The notes beneath the pieces are model-generated. The model searched no databases and was not told the DNA's origin. It saw nothing but the letters and a program-made list of their open reading frames with translations. Positions 50,546-60,836 of a stretch of DNA of 64,000 nt are shown here, piece by piece. The stretch's first letter is position 1. Each line of letters opens with the position of its first letter. The stretch lies in assembly GCF_003790525.1 (NCBI RefSeq), contig NZ_CP033636.1. One strand, 5' to 3'. Origin of the DNA: Escherichia coli (GTDB lineage: Bacteria > Pseudomonadota > Gammaproteobacteria > Enterobacterales > Enterobacteriaceae). Both the position numbers and the translations under genes were made by a program.

Positions 50546-51226
50546 TTACATGAGTTTTTGAAAGTTAGACCACAAGCGATTCAATGCAATTCCCAGTATC
50601 AATAAAGCGACTGGTGGGAAAAGTTGAGCGATATTGTTAAATAGTGACATATTCGGCATGACCAGGTAGACCATCGTTAAAGCACTGATCACCCAAAATG
50701 CTCGAAACCAAATACGATAAAACTGAACTGTAACCTTACCAAATACGTACCTCTTCAATTTCCACTGGTACATTCCATCTGCTAGCATGGCAAATAGATA
50801 GGGCAGAAAAACGATTAGCCACCCCAGGATTAAGTTCCACCGGAAAATGGACTGATAAAGTAAGAGGGGTATGTTTTTGGCCATAGTGTAATTAATAGAG
50901 GTAAATTTTTCAGCAACAATGTTAATACCTCTGGCTGGTTTTTTGGTGTCAGGGATCAGAATAGTATTCAGATAGTCAATTAACTTATAGTCATGTACCA
51001 ACCAATTTAAAGTCGCTTCACTATTTGCAATAACAGACTTCCAACGGTCATTTGATATGATGGACCGGCTTGCATTAACCTCCTGAGTAATCTGATATTT
51101 GAGCTCCTCAGTATTCTGGAAAGCCAGGCTGTAACCAAAATAAATGACCATGCCAAAAAAAAGCATTGTTCTGAGCACTGCTGCTCTGCTTGTATTATCC
51201 GCAGCCATTGCTTTCCCTCCATTCAC
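50546..51226 (-). CDS. polytopic membrane protein, possible transfer-associated
   Basis: 226-aa ORF with several hydrophobic helices, in the same operon-like run as the coupling protein. Confidence 0.4.
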   Translation of the reverse strand: MNGGKAMAADNTSRAAVLRTMLFFGMVIYFGYSLAFQNTEELKYQITQEVNASRSIISNDRWKSVIANSEATLNWLVHDYKLIDYLNTILIPDTKKPARGINIVAEKFTSINYTMAKNIPLLLYQSIFRWNLILGWLIVFLPYLFAMLADGMYQWKLKRYVFGKVTVQFYRIWFRAFWVISALTMVYLVMPNMSLFNNIAQLFPPVALLILGIALNRLWSNFQKLM

Positions 51227-52307
51227 GAAAAAGAGCTAGCCTCTGATCGTGATTGCAATAGTTGTTACGCCACATCGTCGGGATACCCAGGAGCCAGTGG
51301 TACTGTTTAGGTATGATTTGGTCGATGAGGCTTAACTCCGCCAGTTCTTTATGCTCTGCGCTTTTCCACTCGATCTGTCCCACATCAGGAACAAATACAG
51401 CGGTCCTTACTTTTGCGGCCTGGCGGGAAAATTCTATAAAGTTGATGCCCCACGGCGTCCAGTATCTGTACTGCTCGTTTAGGCCGATGTTAAACACCGG
51501 CAGAGAAAGAGTTGAGTCGGCAAAAGCCGAAATCACATTTTTGCAGACTCTTGGACTATCTATTTTTTCCTGTTCGGTTTTGAGATGAGTCAGCAGTGCA
51601 CGGTCAATAATGCTGTTAAAGGTGTTTGTATAAAGGCCATTAGGGTCAGGAAGCCGATCTATGGCAGTAATGATTTTAAATTTTAACCGAGAAAGAAAGG
51701 GAGAGTCCTCAATAGTAACTATATGACTATGTGTTGTTTCTGGATGAATCTGGGGTTTGATGCGCTGTACTTGTTTAAAAGAGACACTACCTGGCAAATT
51801 AATGAATGCGCCCACCGTGCGTGTCAAATCGACGAAATAAGGCAAAAGATAACAACCAAGCATACGGGCATTCTTCTTTACAAGATCACACCGTTCGTCA
51901 TTGTTATCGAAAGAAATACGGAAACTAACGAATTTACGTTCAGGACCTTCGCTGGTGGTCAGCGATTGAATCCATTCATGGCATGAACCTTGTGGTACCG
52001 ACCAGTAGCTGGTTTCACGGTCCCCAAAGGGATCAGTCGTGATCAACTCTCCCTTTAAAAGGAAAAGCTCAGACAGGGTATTTGCCATGGAGAATAGGGA
52101 ATCGATATCGTTGCTCTGACAAAATTTTCCCAAATGATGAAACGCGTTTTTTTCTATCTTAGTTAGCCGATCTCGAACTTCCTGAGAATCTGCGTACTTT
52201 AAACCCAAAGACTGAAAGCGCCTTTTTACGAGCGAGCGACATTTGCTGACTTTTAGTGCAGAGCTTAAAATTTGCTGGCGCGTCAGGACAATTTTTTCAT
52301 CCATCAA
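51195..52307 (-). CDS. hypothetical protein
   Basis: 370-aa ORF overlapping the coupling-protein stop by 4 bp. Confidence 0.45.
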   Translation of the reverse strand: MMDEKIVLTRQQILSSALKVSKCRSLVKRRFQSLGLKYADSQEVRDRLTKIEKNAFHHLGKFCQSNDIDSLFSMANTLSELFLLKGELITTDPFGDRETSYWSVPQGSCHEWIQSLTTSEGPERKFVSFRISFDNNDERCDLVKKNARMLGCYLLPYFVDLTRTVGAFINLPGSVSFKQVQRIKPQIHPETTHSHIVTIEDSPFLSRLKFKIITAIDRLPDPNGLYTNTFNSIIDRALLTHLKTEQEKIDSPRVCKNVISAFADSTLSLPVFNIGLNEQYRYWTPWGINFIEFSRQAAKVRTAVFVPDVGQIEWKSAEHKELAELSLIDQIIPKQYHWLLGIPTMWRNNYCNHDQRLALFREWRESNGCG

Positions 52308-54388
52308 TGAAACTTCCTTAGAAATTTATTAAGATTTTTGATATCGAGATTTTGACGCAAAGTAACTTTTCCGGCCTTCTTGAAAAGCATTTCCGACAGA
52401 GTTGTGTTTGGCTTCATTTGTTTCTCAGCAACAGCAATAGGGATTTGGCCTACAACCTTCCTGCCATCTTGAAGCCTGGCAACTATGTGAAACATAGGGA
52501 CCTGACCCAAGAGATCCTTTGGAATACTCTCTTCTAAAGTTGTCTGCTTTCTTTCTGAGATTGAACCTGAGAAGTTATTATGCGGCAAAGATGTTTCTGA
52601 ACCGGTCGTATAAGTGACCATATTTGTGCTTATCGCACTCTTACCAAAGTTCTCTACAACAAGCGTCTGAGTAGGAGTATCGTTGACTCGCAAGCTTATA
52701 TAATTGTTGCAGAGCCCCGTAATTCGATTGGCAGTTTCAACACTTGCCGCAGCAATAAAGTCGGAGATGGTTTGGGTGCAAATAAACAGTGCAATTTTCG
52801 CTGCACGACCCTGCGCCAGAAGGTTAATCATAGGGTTGTTAATGGCTGAGTGTGCCTCATCAACAAAAATACTTATCCTGGAATTAGCTGACATATCACC
52901 ATCCTGAGCGTTGTAGCGACTACCGGCACAGGAGGTCAGATCTGACATTATTAATTGAGAAATAGCAGCTGCTGTATCGGGGTTTGAAAGGCCATCAAGC
53001 GAAATGTATAGCACCCCGCCAGTGCTGAACATCCCTTCGCTTGTTACAATTTCTCTTGATGATACTGAGTTCGGGTTAGGAGATAAAAGCTCATTTAAAG
53101 GTTTTTCAATGAGCATATCGAAAACAGGCATAATACCTGCGGTCATTTTAGCCATATGCTCTGGGTCGGACATTGAGTAATCAATAAGCTGGGAAACAGT
53201 ATCTAACCAGTCTATTTGTTCGGACCCCTCGTAATTCATGAAATGAGCCGTAAACCATTCAGCGAGACGCTTGAAACGTACCGGCAAGGTTTCGTTAGCG
53301 ACGTACTTAACTTTTTCGGTCCAGACATCGTAACCATAATATCTCGCGTAACATGACTCCATTACCTTGACTGTAAGATTCACAATAGACATGTGGCTTT
53401 TCATGTTCTTGTGAATCAGATAAATAGAAGGCTTTTTCTCTATGTAAGAAAGCCCGGAAATCACATTGGAAACGAGAGCCTTGGCATACTGAACGAATGG
53501 GTTAACCTCACCGGGAACTGTCACCAAGCTCAAAAGACGAGATGTTAGGTCAGAAACATTAGTATAGGTGTTGCAGACATCAATACAGACCGAAGATGCT
53601 GGCTGGCCAGGATGAAATTTATAGAAAGGAAGACCGAGGGTCTTAGCCTCTTCCATTAGAGATTCTCGCCACTCTGCATCGTTCTTTGGATCTATGACAA
53701 CAACAACATGACCAAGATGAAGCATGCTAATGCTTAGTAAACGCTGTAGCACCGTTTTCCCGGTACCCACGTTTCCGGTTATCAGAGTATGACCAAACCA
53801 ATTGTCTTCAGTTACAAATATGGGTTCCCTACGTTCCACAGCAAAAATTGCATTGCTGCCGCCCATCTTACGAGCCATTGCGTCAAAATGTCTCTTAATT
53901 GGGTTGAAGACGAATGGCAACTCGATCTCACGTTTATCACTGGAGAGGTTAGCTATTTGATATGCCCGATCCGCATGTTCCGGGCCCCACTCAAACCCAT
54001 CACAAAAATAGGACTTTCGCTCGGGTATATCCTTATTTTTATTTTGATAATCCTGAACCAGTTGACGATACTTTCGCTCATTGGAGAAAAAGTTACTTTT
54101 GTTAATTACACGCAGTGAATCAAGACTAACGAACATGAAATGTCGCTTGAATACACGCCAATGAGCCATCAAGAATGGCGCTGCTGTTTTGCAACGATAA
54201 AGGCACAGCAAAAAAAGCAATATTGAGGTGAACAGAACTATTGGGGCGATGTCCAGTCCGTCTGAAGAAAGTCCCATATAAAGCATAGAAACCGAACAAA
54301 TCAAAAGTATTGAGGCACTACGATACTCAAGAATAGGCCGATAAAAATTCTCTTGTGCATGGAGGTTAGTCCTCTTCGAATCTGACAT
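52304..54388 (-). CDS. type IV coupling protein (TraG/TraD/VirD4 family)
   Basis: 694-aa ORF; two N-terminal membrane helices; Walker A GNVGTGKT and hydrophobic strand VVVVIDPKND; adjacent to the relaxase. Confidence 0.7.
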   Translation of the reverse strand: MSDSKRTNLHAQENFYRPILEYRSASILLICSVSMLYMGLSSDGLDIAPIVLFTSILLFLLCLYRCKTAAPFLMAHWRVFKRHFMFVSLDSLRVINKSNFFSNERKYRQLVQDYQNKNKDIPERKSYFCDGFEWGPEHADRAYQIANLSSDKREIELPFVFNPIKRHFDAMARKMGGSNAIFAVERREPIFVTEDNWFGHTLITGNVGTGKTVLQRLLSISMLHLGHVVVVIDPKNDAEWRESLMEEAKTLGLPFYKFHPGQPASSVCIDVCNTYTNVSDLTSRLLSLVTVPGEVNPFVQYAKALVSNVISGLSYIEKKPSIYLIHKNMKSHMSIVNLTVKVMESCYARYYGYDVWTEKVKYVANETLPVRFKRLAEWFTAHFMNYEGSEQIDWLDTVSQLIDYSMSDPEHMAKMTAGIMPVFDMLIEKPLNELLSPNPNSVSSREIVTSEGMFSTGGVLYISLDGLSNPDTAAAISQLIMSDLTSCAGSRYNAQDGDMSANSRISIFVDEAHSAINNPMINLLAQGRAAKIALFICTQTISDFIAAASVETANRITGLCNNYISLRVNDTPTQTLVVENFGKSAISTNMVTYTTGSETSLPHNNFSGSISERKQTTLEESIPKDLLGQVPMFHIVARLQDGRKVVGQIPIAVAEKQMKPNTTLSEMLFKKAGKVTLRQNLDIKNLNKFLRKFH
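52359..52369. repeat. AAAGTWACTTT palindrome copy inside coding sequence
   Basis: exact aaagtaacttt within the 3' end of the coupling-protein gene. Confidence 0.4.
54089..54099. repeat. AAAGTWACTTT palindrome copy inside coding sequence
   Basis: exact aaagttacttt within the 5' part of the coupling-protein gene. Confidence 0.4.
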
Positions 54389-57300
54389 TATAGGTTCCCA
54401 GCCTCTTTCAGGTTATTGATAATTCGTTCAATGTCCACTTTCGCCCGGTCTGATGCGGCCAGCAAAGTAGGCATGTTAAATGCATGGCATTTTGTATTGA
54501 TCACAGCACCAGAATTAACGAGGTACTGAGGAAGCTTATTGAAAAGATCTTGAGCCTCTAACTGCGACCCAAATTTTTCCACGCAAGATTGGGTCAGATA
54601 GAGAGTATTAGGAGTACTTACCATAAATCTGTTTTTGCGCTTTCTTTTAAACGCCACCTCCATTTTGGACAGAATTTGATGCAGTACTGACGCAATTTCT
54701 ACAAATTCAAGCTCTGTAACGTCACCTTCGCTTATAAGCGAGAATTCACCATTTTGGTCTGATTCAGTAGTTGCAAAGACTTTACTGTTCAGATTGTGAC
54801 CAGAAACAGGTGATGCTGGTTTTTGTACTTCTGCTTTGTCCGATGATTTATTCCGGTTGCGCTTGGGATTTTGTTTTTCTACCGGTGCTGTTGGGGCGAA
54901 CAGTCTGGCCAGTGCTGGCGAAAGATGATGCCCCTTAGCGTCTGTGGGCGCATGCTCTCCATTTGATTCTTCAAGTACAGGAGGTAAGGCGGGCTCTTCA
55001 CTTGCCATCACACTGGTTGCGGCTGCTTCGGTCTGGGAATACACAACTTCAGCTGGTGGTGGGCAGTTACCCTCAGTATCTGGTTCTGAGTTTTCTTGTC
55101 CTACAGAAACATCCATAGAGCGTTCAATCGTACCCTGGGGATCAGCGTTCTGTTCTCGGTTAAGTTCTGGTAATTCTGACGGCTCGGGGAGAAGCTTTTC
55201 ATTATGGACCGAAGAGCTTGTTGCACAACTACCGACTTCTGGCCGAGAAACACTAAGCTGTGTGAAATCGGTATAATCAATGATCTCATGCTCTTCATCT
55301 TCTTCCTCAAAAAGATGTTGATAATGTTCATATTCCACAGCCTCAGTTTTCAGCGGACCAGTCGCGGATGCACTATCGGTTCCATGATATTCCACGTCGC
55401 CAGAATGTTCTTCGACTGCATTTACACGTGGGGGAGGCAGCTCAAGCGTTTGCTTTGGACGTGGGGCAGAGTTTTCAACAGAAGACTCATCATTAATCAC
55501 TAATGCCTGATACATAGAAGTATTGAAAAGTGACTTTAAAGTTGTTGGCCTTCTTGGCTCATGATAGGTGAGCTGGAACCCGGCGCAGTTATCGCCGAGC
55601 TGGACTAAACGCAGATCGTCAATGTCCCTTACTATCCACATTCCATCGAGAGAGCCTTCTCTGAATGTCAGTTGGAAATAGGGCTCTTCACTAAATGCTT
55701 TTTCATCTAATCCCGGCAGCAATGCCATAGTGGCATCTATGTTGAGGTAGGGGACAGCATCTACACACACTATATAGTCATTGGAAAGTGGAGCGCTTAA
55801 AAGGAGTTCATGAAGTTGGTTGACCAGGACATGGGATTCCGTGTCCTTTGCCGATTCATCTTCACTTTCTTCTATATCAGGAATGACAGGATCAGCTGCT
55901 TCCTCACCCTCAGATTTAACTATCTGCGTGTCATTATCAATTTCATTATCACTTTCGGCTTTCTTCTCAAAATCGTCGGATGAGCCTTCATTTTTCTTAG
56001 AATGTATATCAACATCAATAGAGGCAGTGGAGCGGCCTAAATCATTAACCTTAAGAACAGCCGTCTCAACAGTATCAGTAATTTTAGTTATAGCGTCCCG
56101 ACCGGGCACTGGTCTTCTGTATTCAGTAACTGTTTTTTGCTCGTCAATGTAAATAAAGTCTTTATTGGCATTAACGCTAAAAAGACCCGGCACTGAGTCA
56201 GGGATTTTATAGGAATCAAAGATTAAACCAATCCACCTTAGCTTAAGAAGGTTATAGAATTCTAGTTTCCCTATCCCATTTCTAAAGATGTTTGATATTT
56301 CGTTTTCCGAATAGATACCCGGAATGAAGTAGTGAACGACACGCTCATCATCATAGGGCTCGACGTAACCACGTTGAACTAGGGATTCTACCAATACCGT
56401 CTTACCAGCCTCTCCCTGAGGGAAGTTATATTTATGTAATTCGAAATCATTGAGAACAAAATCAAGGAATGCGTTCTCGTTAAGGTATACCTCACCATTT
56501 ACGATAATGATGTGCATAGGCTTAGCATTGTAATTGTTGATATTGATACTGGTAAAGTTGTGCTTGATGGTACTAATGGCCCTTGCTGCTGCATCATTAG
56601 AACGCAGACCCATGATAGGGTCACGTAAAACATTAAGGTCTGTACCAGTAGAATAGAAATCAGCGGTCCTCACGCATTTAGACAAAAAGTCATTCCCATC
56701 AGTATAAACGTTTAGGGCGGTGATCATTTTTGAATAAACACGTTCTTTATTTACCCGATCCAAAAATGCAAGACATACCGGGTTTAGGATTCGCTCAAGG
56801 AAAACGCTGGACCAGATATTATGTTGATTATGAATACGCTTTCGCCAGTGGATTTCGTATTCAACCACGTCATTTTCACGTGCCCAGTCAAGAAGACTTT
56901 GTGAGCTTGGCGTCCAAATGATCGGACTAGCTAAATTCAGGCTTACAATATCGAGATCGTAAACCTTTCCGGCATCATGGACTAAACCACAGATAAACGC
57001 AGCATAGAGATATACTTTTCTACGGACTACTTCTTCATCTTGATATCCGATTGGTCTCAGTTCTGAGTGATGCGCATTTTTTAAAGAGAGTATGGCCACT
57101 TCCAGGCTGTGAGAAAGTAACCCACCAATACCATTATGATGATGATTTTCGGAAGCTGGCAAAAGATGTATCCAGCGAACATATTCAACCAAGGGCTTTA
57201 ATACTAAATTAGTAAATGTATATGCATCGTCCCTGATGTCGCTATCGCTGATAGCTAACATCATTGAAATTGAGTGCAGCTTTTCCCGATACAGAGACAG

Positions 57301-57540
57301 GATTGACTGTTCATTAAATGTCTGTATGCCCGTCGGACGAGTTGGATACTCGATGAATTTCAGGACTTCTGGATTTGGATGATCAGGAACAGTGTACTTC
57401 TGATCTCCTAGAATCTGCGCAAAAGGAGAGAGGCTTGATATATCCTCAATCATTACAGAGGTTGCATCATTCTCCTGAGATGAGAATATCCCCAAAATCC
57501 GTTTAATACATAAATACAGCGCCCTGAAATTCATCATCAT
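54388..57540 (-). CDS. traI: conjugative relaxase, MOBH-type (HD-domain)
   Basis: 1050-aa ORF; histidine triad ENHHHNG and HD motif VHDAGK as in MOBH relaxases; acidic central region; gene order relaxase then coupling protein. Confidence 0.65.
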   Translation of the reverse strand: MMMNFRALYLCIKRILGIFSSQENDATSVMIEDISSLSPFAQILGDQKYTVPDHPNPEVLKFIEYPTRPTGIQTFNEQSILSLYREKLHSISMMLAISDSDIRDDAYTFTNLVLKPLVEYVRWIHLLPASENHHHNGIGGLLSHSLEVAILSLKNAHHSELRPIGYQDEEVVRRKVYLYAAFICGLVHDAGKVYDLDIVSLNLASPIIWTPSSQSLLDWARENDVVEYEIHWRKRIHNQHNIWSSVFLERILNPVCLAFLDRVNKERVYSKMITALNVYTDGNDFLSKCVRTADFYSTGTDLNVLRDPIMGLRSNDAAARAISTIKHNFTSININNYNAKPMHIIIVNGEVYLNENAFLDFVLNDFELHKYNFPQGEAGKTVLVESLVQRGYVEPYDDERVVHYFIPGIYSENEISNIFRNGIGKLEFYNLLKLRWIGLIFDSYKIPDSVPGLFSVNANKDFIYIDEQKTVTEYRRPVPGRDAITKITDTVETAVLKVNDLGRSTASIDVDIHSKKNEGSSDDFEKKAESDNEIDNDTQIVKSEGEEAADPVIPDIEESEDESAKDTESHVLVNQLHELLLSAPLSNDYIVCVDAVPYLNIDATMALLPGLDEKAFSEEPYFQLTFREGSLDGMWIVRDIDDLRLVQLGDNCAGFQLTYHEPRRPTTLKSLFNTSMYQALVINDESSVENSAPRPKQTLELPPPRVNAVEEHSGDVEYHGTDSASATGPLKTEAVEYEHYQHLFEEEDEEHEIIDYTDFTQLSVSRPEVGSCATSSSVHNEKLLPEPSELPELNREQNADPQGTIERSMDVSVGQENSEPDTEGNCPPPAEVVYSQTEAAATSVMASEEPALPPVLEESNGEHAPTDAKGHHLSPALARLFAPTAPVEKQNPKRNRNKSSDKAEVQKPASPVSGHNLNSKVFATTESDQNGEFSLISEGDVTELEFVEIASVLHQILSKMEVAFKRKRKNRFMVSTPNTLYLTQSCVEKFGSQLEAQDLFNKLPQYLVNSGAVINTKCHAFNMPTLLAASDRAKVDIERIINNLKEAGNL

Positions 57541-57543
57541 ACC

Positions 57544-58281
57544 TTATCGACGTTTGCCTGACAGTTCGGCTGCAATGTATGCCTGCACACTTTTATATTG
57601 CATTACTTTGGTGATGAACTCTGCTGGACTGTATGGCCCATCCTTACGGCGAGAAACATTCAGAGTCTTTTTCACATTCTCAACATATAAATTAATACTC
57701 TTTATAATGTTGTGAGACATAACCGGATAGTCGCTTACAGCCAGTAAACCCAATGAGTTGTACTCATACATTGTGTTCATGAGCTGGTTCATCTCGAAGA
57801 TGTACTTGTAAAACCTCATGGTGTTGTGGTTATTGAAGTTGAGTTGTACTGGTTCAAAACTGAAAGGTACAAACTGAGTTGATGACATGAATGAGTCATT
57901 CTTGTCGAACTCAATTGACTTAATATAAGCAACAAGATTTTCTTTCATCTTATTGTTTTCTTCATGCAGCTCGTTGAACCAATCCTGAATAGCCTGAACA
58001 AGGTCAGGATGTTTAACTGCATCAACCGTTTTAAAGAGAGAGGAAATAGCGATACTCACATCATCAAAACCTCTGATGACTGCTCCATTTCTGGCAGTTA
58101 AAAACCGGTTAAAATCTGGGGTGCCGGGGTTAATAATAACTTTGGCCATACCCTGGTGCTCTGGTCTACGTTGAGTAGAAGTTTGAGCGTTTACGCCTTG
58201 CTTTTTATTTGAACCTTTTACCATTACATCTTTTGGTTCAATGTTAATACGCTCATTGTCCGTGATAATTGCGTCGGTCAT
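57544..58281 (-). CDS. hypothetical protein upstream of relaxase, possible relaxosome accessory protein
   Basis: 245-aa ORF, 4 bp upstream of the relaxase gene. Confidence 0.4.
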   Translation of the reverse strand: MTDAIITDNERINIEPKDVMVKGSNKKQGVNAQTSTQRRPEHQGMAKVIINPGTPDFNRFLTARNGAVIRGFDDVSIAISSLFKTVDAVKHPDLVQAIQDWFNELHEENNKMKENLVAYIKSIEFDKNDSFMSSTQFVPFSFEPVQLNFNNHNTMRFYKYIFEMNQLMNTMYEYNSLGLLAVSDYPVMSHNIIKSINLYVENVKKTLNVSRRKDGPYSPAEFITKVMQYKSVQAYIAAELSGKRR

Positions 58282-58817
58282 TGTGCCACCTTAGTTTTTG
58301 AGTATTGACGGATTTTTCGTCCAAGTTCGATATATGCTGAATGATAGAGCTCAAGCATTTCTCTGTAAGGCTCCAGCAATGCTTCCGTTTCAGAAATCAT
58401 TTCGTATTCCCAGCTGGCATGGTTTACAAAACAGTTCTTAGAATATTTTCCACTTTTCATTGGTTGCACCCGTTTTGACATGTGACTAGGCGCTCTTGTT
58501 TTATAAGGGCTGAACTGATGCCAAGTGATCGTTACTTTTCTGGCATTACCAATTAGCTCAACTTTTGGTGCGTAAGAACCCAGATACTCCCTCTTTGGAA
58601 CTTTGCTATGTCGGGTAAGGTTAATCTCTTGGTGGTTTCGTTCCTTCCACTTGATCCAGTATTTTGTAATGAGATCTTCAGCCTCAACACGCAAACCTTC
58701 AATCTGAGCACGTAAATTTTTACGTGTTAGCTCTATAGAACTTATAAGATTCGAATTACTCATGACGCCTCCTGATGTGAAATTACTATACCGGAGGAAA
58801 TTTCCGTTTTTTTTCAC
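58278..58817 (-). CDS. hypothetical protein, first gene of the relaxase operon
   Basis: 179-aa ORF overlapping the next gene by 4 bp; faces the candidate oriT. Confidence 0.4.
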   Translation of the reverse strand: MKKNGNFLRYSNFTSGGVMSNSNLISSIELTRKNLRAQIEGLRVEAEDLITKYWIKWKERNHQEINLTRHSKVPKREYLGSYAPKVELIGNARKVTITWHQFSPYKTRAPSHMSKRVQPMKSGKYSKNCFVNHASWEYEMISETEALLEPYREMLELYHSAYIELGRKIRQYSKTKVAQ

Positions 58818-58949
58818 GAACAGAAGATTTTTGAATGCTCTTTGATGAGGGAATTGAACAGATGTAATGCACTCGCTGTTTCCCCCATTCGGGAGGGGCC
58901 TTCAGAAACAGTAACAGCGAGTTTAGCCTCACTTCCATCGCTACCCTCT

Positions 58950-58960
58950 AAAGTTACTTT
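58950..58960. repeat. AAAGTWACTTT palindrome copy
   Basis: exact aaagttacttt in the divergent intergenic region. Confidence 0.6.
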
Positions 58961-59044
58961 TGAGGGAATGACCATTGTGGATTATTGCTTTTGATAATGT
59001 GCATTGCTCTATTAAAGTTATACATATATCTAGTGCCACTTTTC

Positions 59045-59200
59045 CAAAAAAAATGACCCTATGGAACTTTGTCCATAGTGACACTTTTATAAAAAGTGAC
59101 CCTATGACGACATTACATAGGGTCACTTTTCAAACATAAGTGACCCTATGTGAGGTATTCATAGGGTCACTTTTCTTTGTTTAGTGATCCTATGTAAGCA
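59045..59200. other. candidate oriT / relaxosome binding region
   Basis: five copies of AAGTGACCCTATG in direct and inverted orientation, forming two perfect 15-bp inverted repeats with 9-10-bp spacers, between divergent transfer operons. Confidence 0.45.
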
Positions 59201-59434
59201 TGAGGTTGATGAAAAGTAAAAATGTCAGTTTATGACGGTCAGTGAAAGACGTCGTTATTCTAATCCAACGTTGGGAGGGGCTGGATTTAGGTTTTTTTTT
59301 AATCGCTTCACATTTCGTTAGCATGCGAAGAAATTTTGATAAAATTCTGGTCAGTTTGGTTAAAAAGTGTTACAAGTAAGCGGTGTGGTTGAAGGGATAG
59401 ATTTAAGGCTTATTCAAGCCTTAAGAAAATACTA

Positions 59435-59445
59435 AAAGTTACTTT
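59435..59445. repeat. AAAGTWACTTT palindrome copy
   Basis: exact aaagttacttt, about 80 bp upstream of the 59522 start. Confidence 0.6.
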
Positions 59446-59521
59446 TCACCCTACCGAACACCTAACAAAAAATCCATGTTGAAGATTTGAACAATTGTAA
59501 TGGCGCAAGGACAATCAGCAC

Positions 59522-60322
59522 ATGTCAGAATCTGATAATTTAACTCGTAGCTTACTCGGTAAACTTTTCCGCACTGAGATTTCGCTTATTCGTAGTTACC
59601 GTGCATTTTTAATGTTATTGCCTGTGCATGGATCTTCTGCATATCAAACTGGGACTCCTCTTCTCCAGCGTCGCCTATTTGGGAAAGGATTTAGTACAGC
59701 CGCTGATTTAGCTTTTGAAGTGGAAACACGTCCAGGTAGTTTTTTGGTTCCGCGTACACTCGGAAAGGAAATTACATGGGAGAGGTTTTTTTCTGCGGTC
59801 TTGGACGGTGATTCCAATGTAATTCGTGAATATGATACAAATGATATTGACTATGGTATTTACGATGCCGGTGAAAAAGTGACTTTTCTGAATGGTACAG
59901 TGGATATCTATAATCCCAAGAAGATTCATGAGTTGCGTTCTAAATGTGTTGATATACAGAATGACTACTTTATGCAGGTGTTCTTTATCTCAATGCTCGC
60001 ACCAGAGTTTGTAAGTGTTTTCTTTGGTTTAAAACCAACTACAGCTGATGCTATTAAAGACATTGGTTATTCATCGTTAAAAACAATTAACGATGTCGTT
60101 CTTTTCCCACGTACAATTGCTTTCTCACAAGGGCATATTGAAGAGAGTGTTTCACTTAAAACGAAAGTTTTTGCCTGGGCTTATGAATTGTCTGCTGACA
60201 TCCGGTTAGGAAAAGTTAGTGATGATTTGATGGAACTATTACGTTATGACACTATGTTCACCAGTCACCGTCAGGATGTGTTCAACACTTTAACAAATAA
60301 AGTTATGTTAAAGGATTATTAA
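59522..60322 (+). CDS. hypothetical protein, possible transfer regulator
   Basis: 266-aa ORF, first gene after the candidate oriT. Confidence 0.4.
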   Translation: MSESDNLTRSLLGKLFRTEISLIRSYRAFLMLLPVHGSSAYQTGTPLLQRRLFGKGFSTAADLAFEVETRPGSFLVPRTLGKEITWERFFSAVLDGDSNVIREYDTNDIDYGIYDAGEKVTFLNGTVDIYNPKKIHELRSKCVDIQNDYFMQVFFISMLAPEFVSVFFGLKPTTADAIKDIGYSSLKTINDVVLFPRTIAFSQGHIEESVSLKTKVFAWAYELSADIRLGKVSDDLMELLRYDTMFTSHRQDVFNTLTNKVMLKDY

Positions 60323-60323
60323 T

Positions 60324-60836
60324 ATGGCAAAGGTCGATCAAACAAAAGCTAATGCTCTATTGCGAGCAGCAAGGACTATGTCGCTTGGGGCAAATAAAAA
60401 TACAATACGAATTTTGTACGGTAATCATGTTGCTGAAAATATCGATTTTGAGCCTGGTGCAAAAACAAAACTCAAAAAAGGTATCCGGGGCTGGAGCAAA
60501 CGCACAGATAACCGCCGAGCTTTTTCTGCTGTTATTGATGTCGCAGTTAACTATTTTGGTTTTGATCCAATAAATCCGGAAGCGAGTTTTCGGCAAATTG
60601 ACTTCAACCGAATAATGAGTGTCCTTCATAATCTGGGATACTTTGTATGCGCACCGGAAGTTAATAAAATAATAGAAATCCTTACTTCTATGAAAGAAAT
60701 TGAAGAACTAGGTGCCTGCGAAAAATGTAAACGCCCATACATTGTGCCAGTGACAAATGATGCTTATTGTCCACGTTGCAGATTATCTTCAACTGCTTCA
60801 GCCATAGAGAGGTATTCTCAAGAAGAATTAGATTAA
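60324..60836 (+). CDS. hypothetical protein with C-terminal zinc-ribbon motif
   Basis: 170-aa ORF; CEKCKRPY...CPRCR cysteine pairs. Confidence 0.4.
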   Translation: MAKVDQTKANALLRAARTMSLGANKNTIRILYGNHVAENIDFEPGAKTKLKKGIRGWSKRTDNRRAFSAVIDVAVNYFGFDPINPEASFRQIDFNRIMSVLHNLGYFVCAPEVNKIIEILTSMKEIEELGACEKCKRPYIVPVTNDAYCPRCRLSSTASAIERYSQEELD

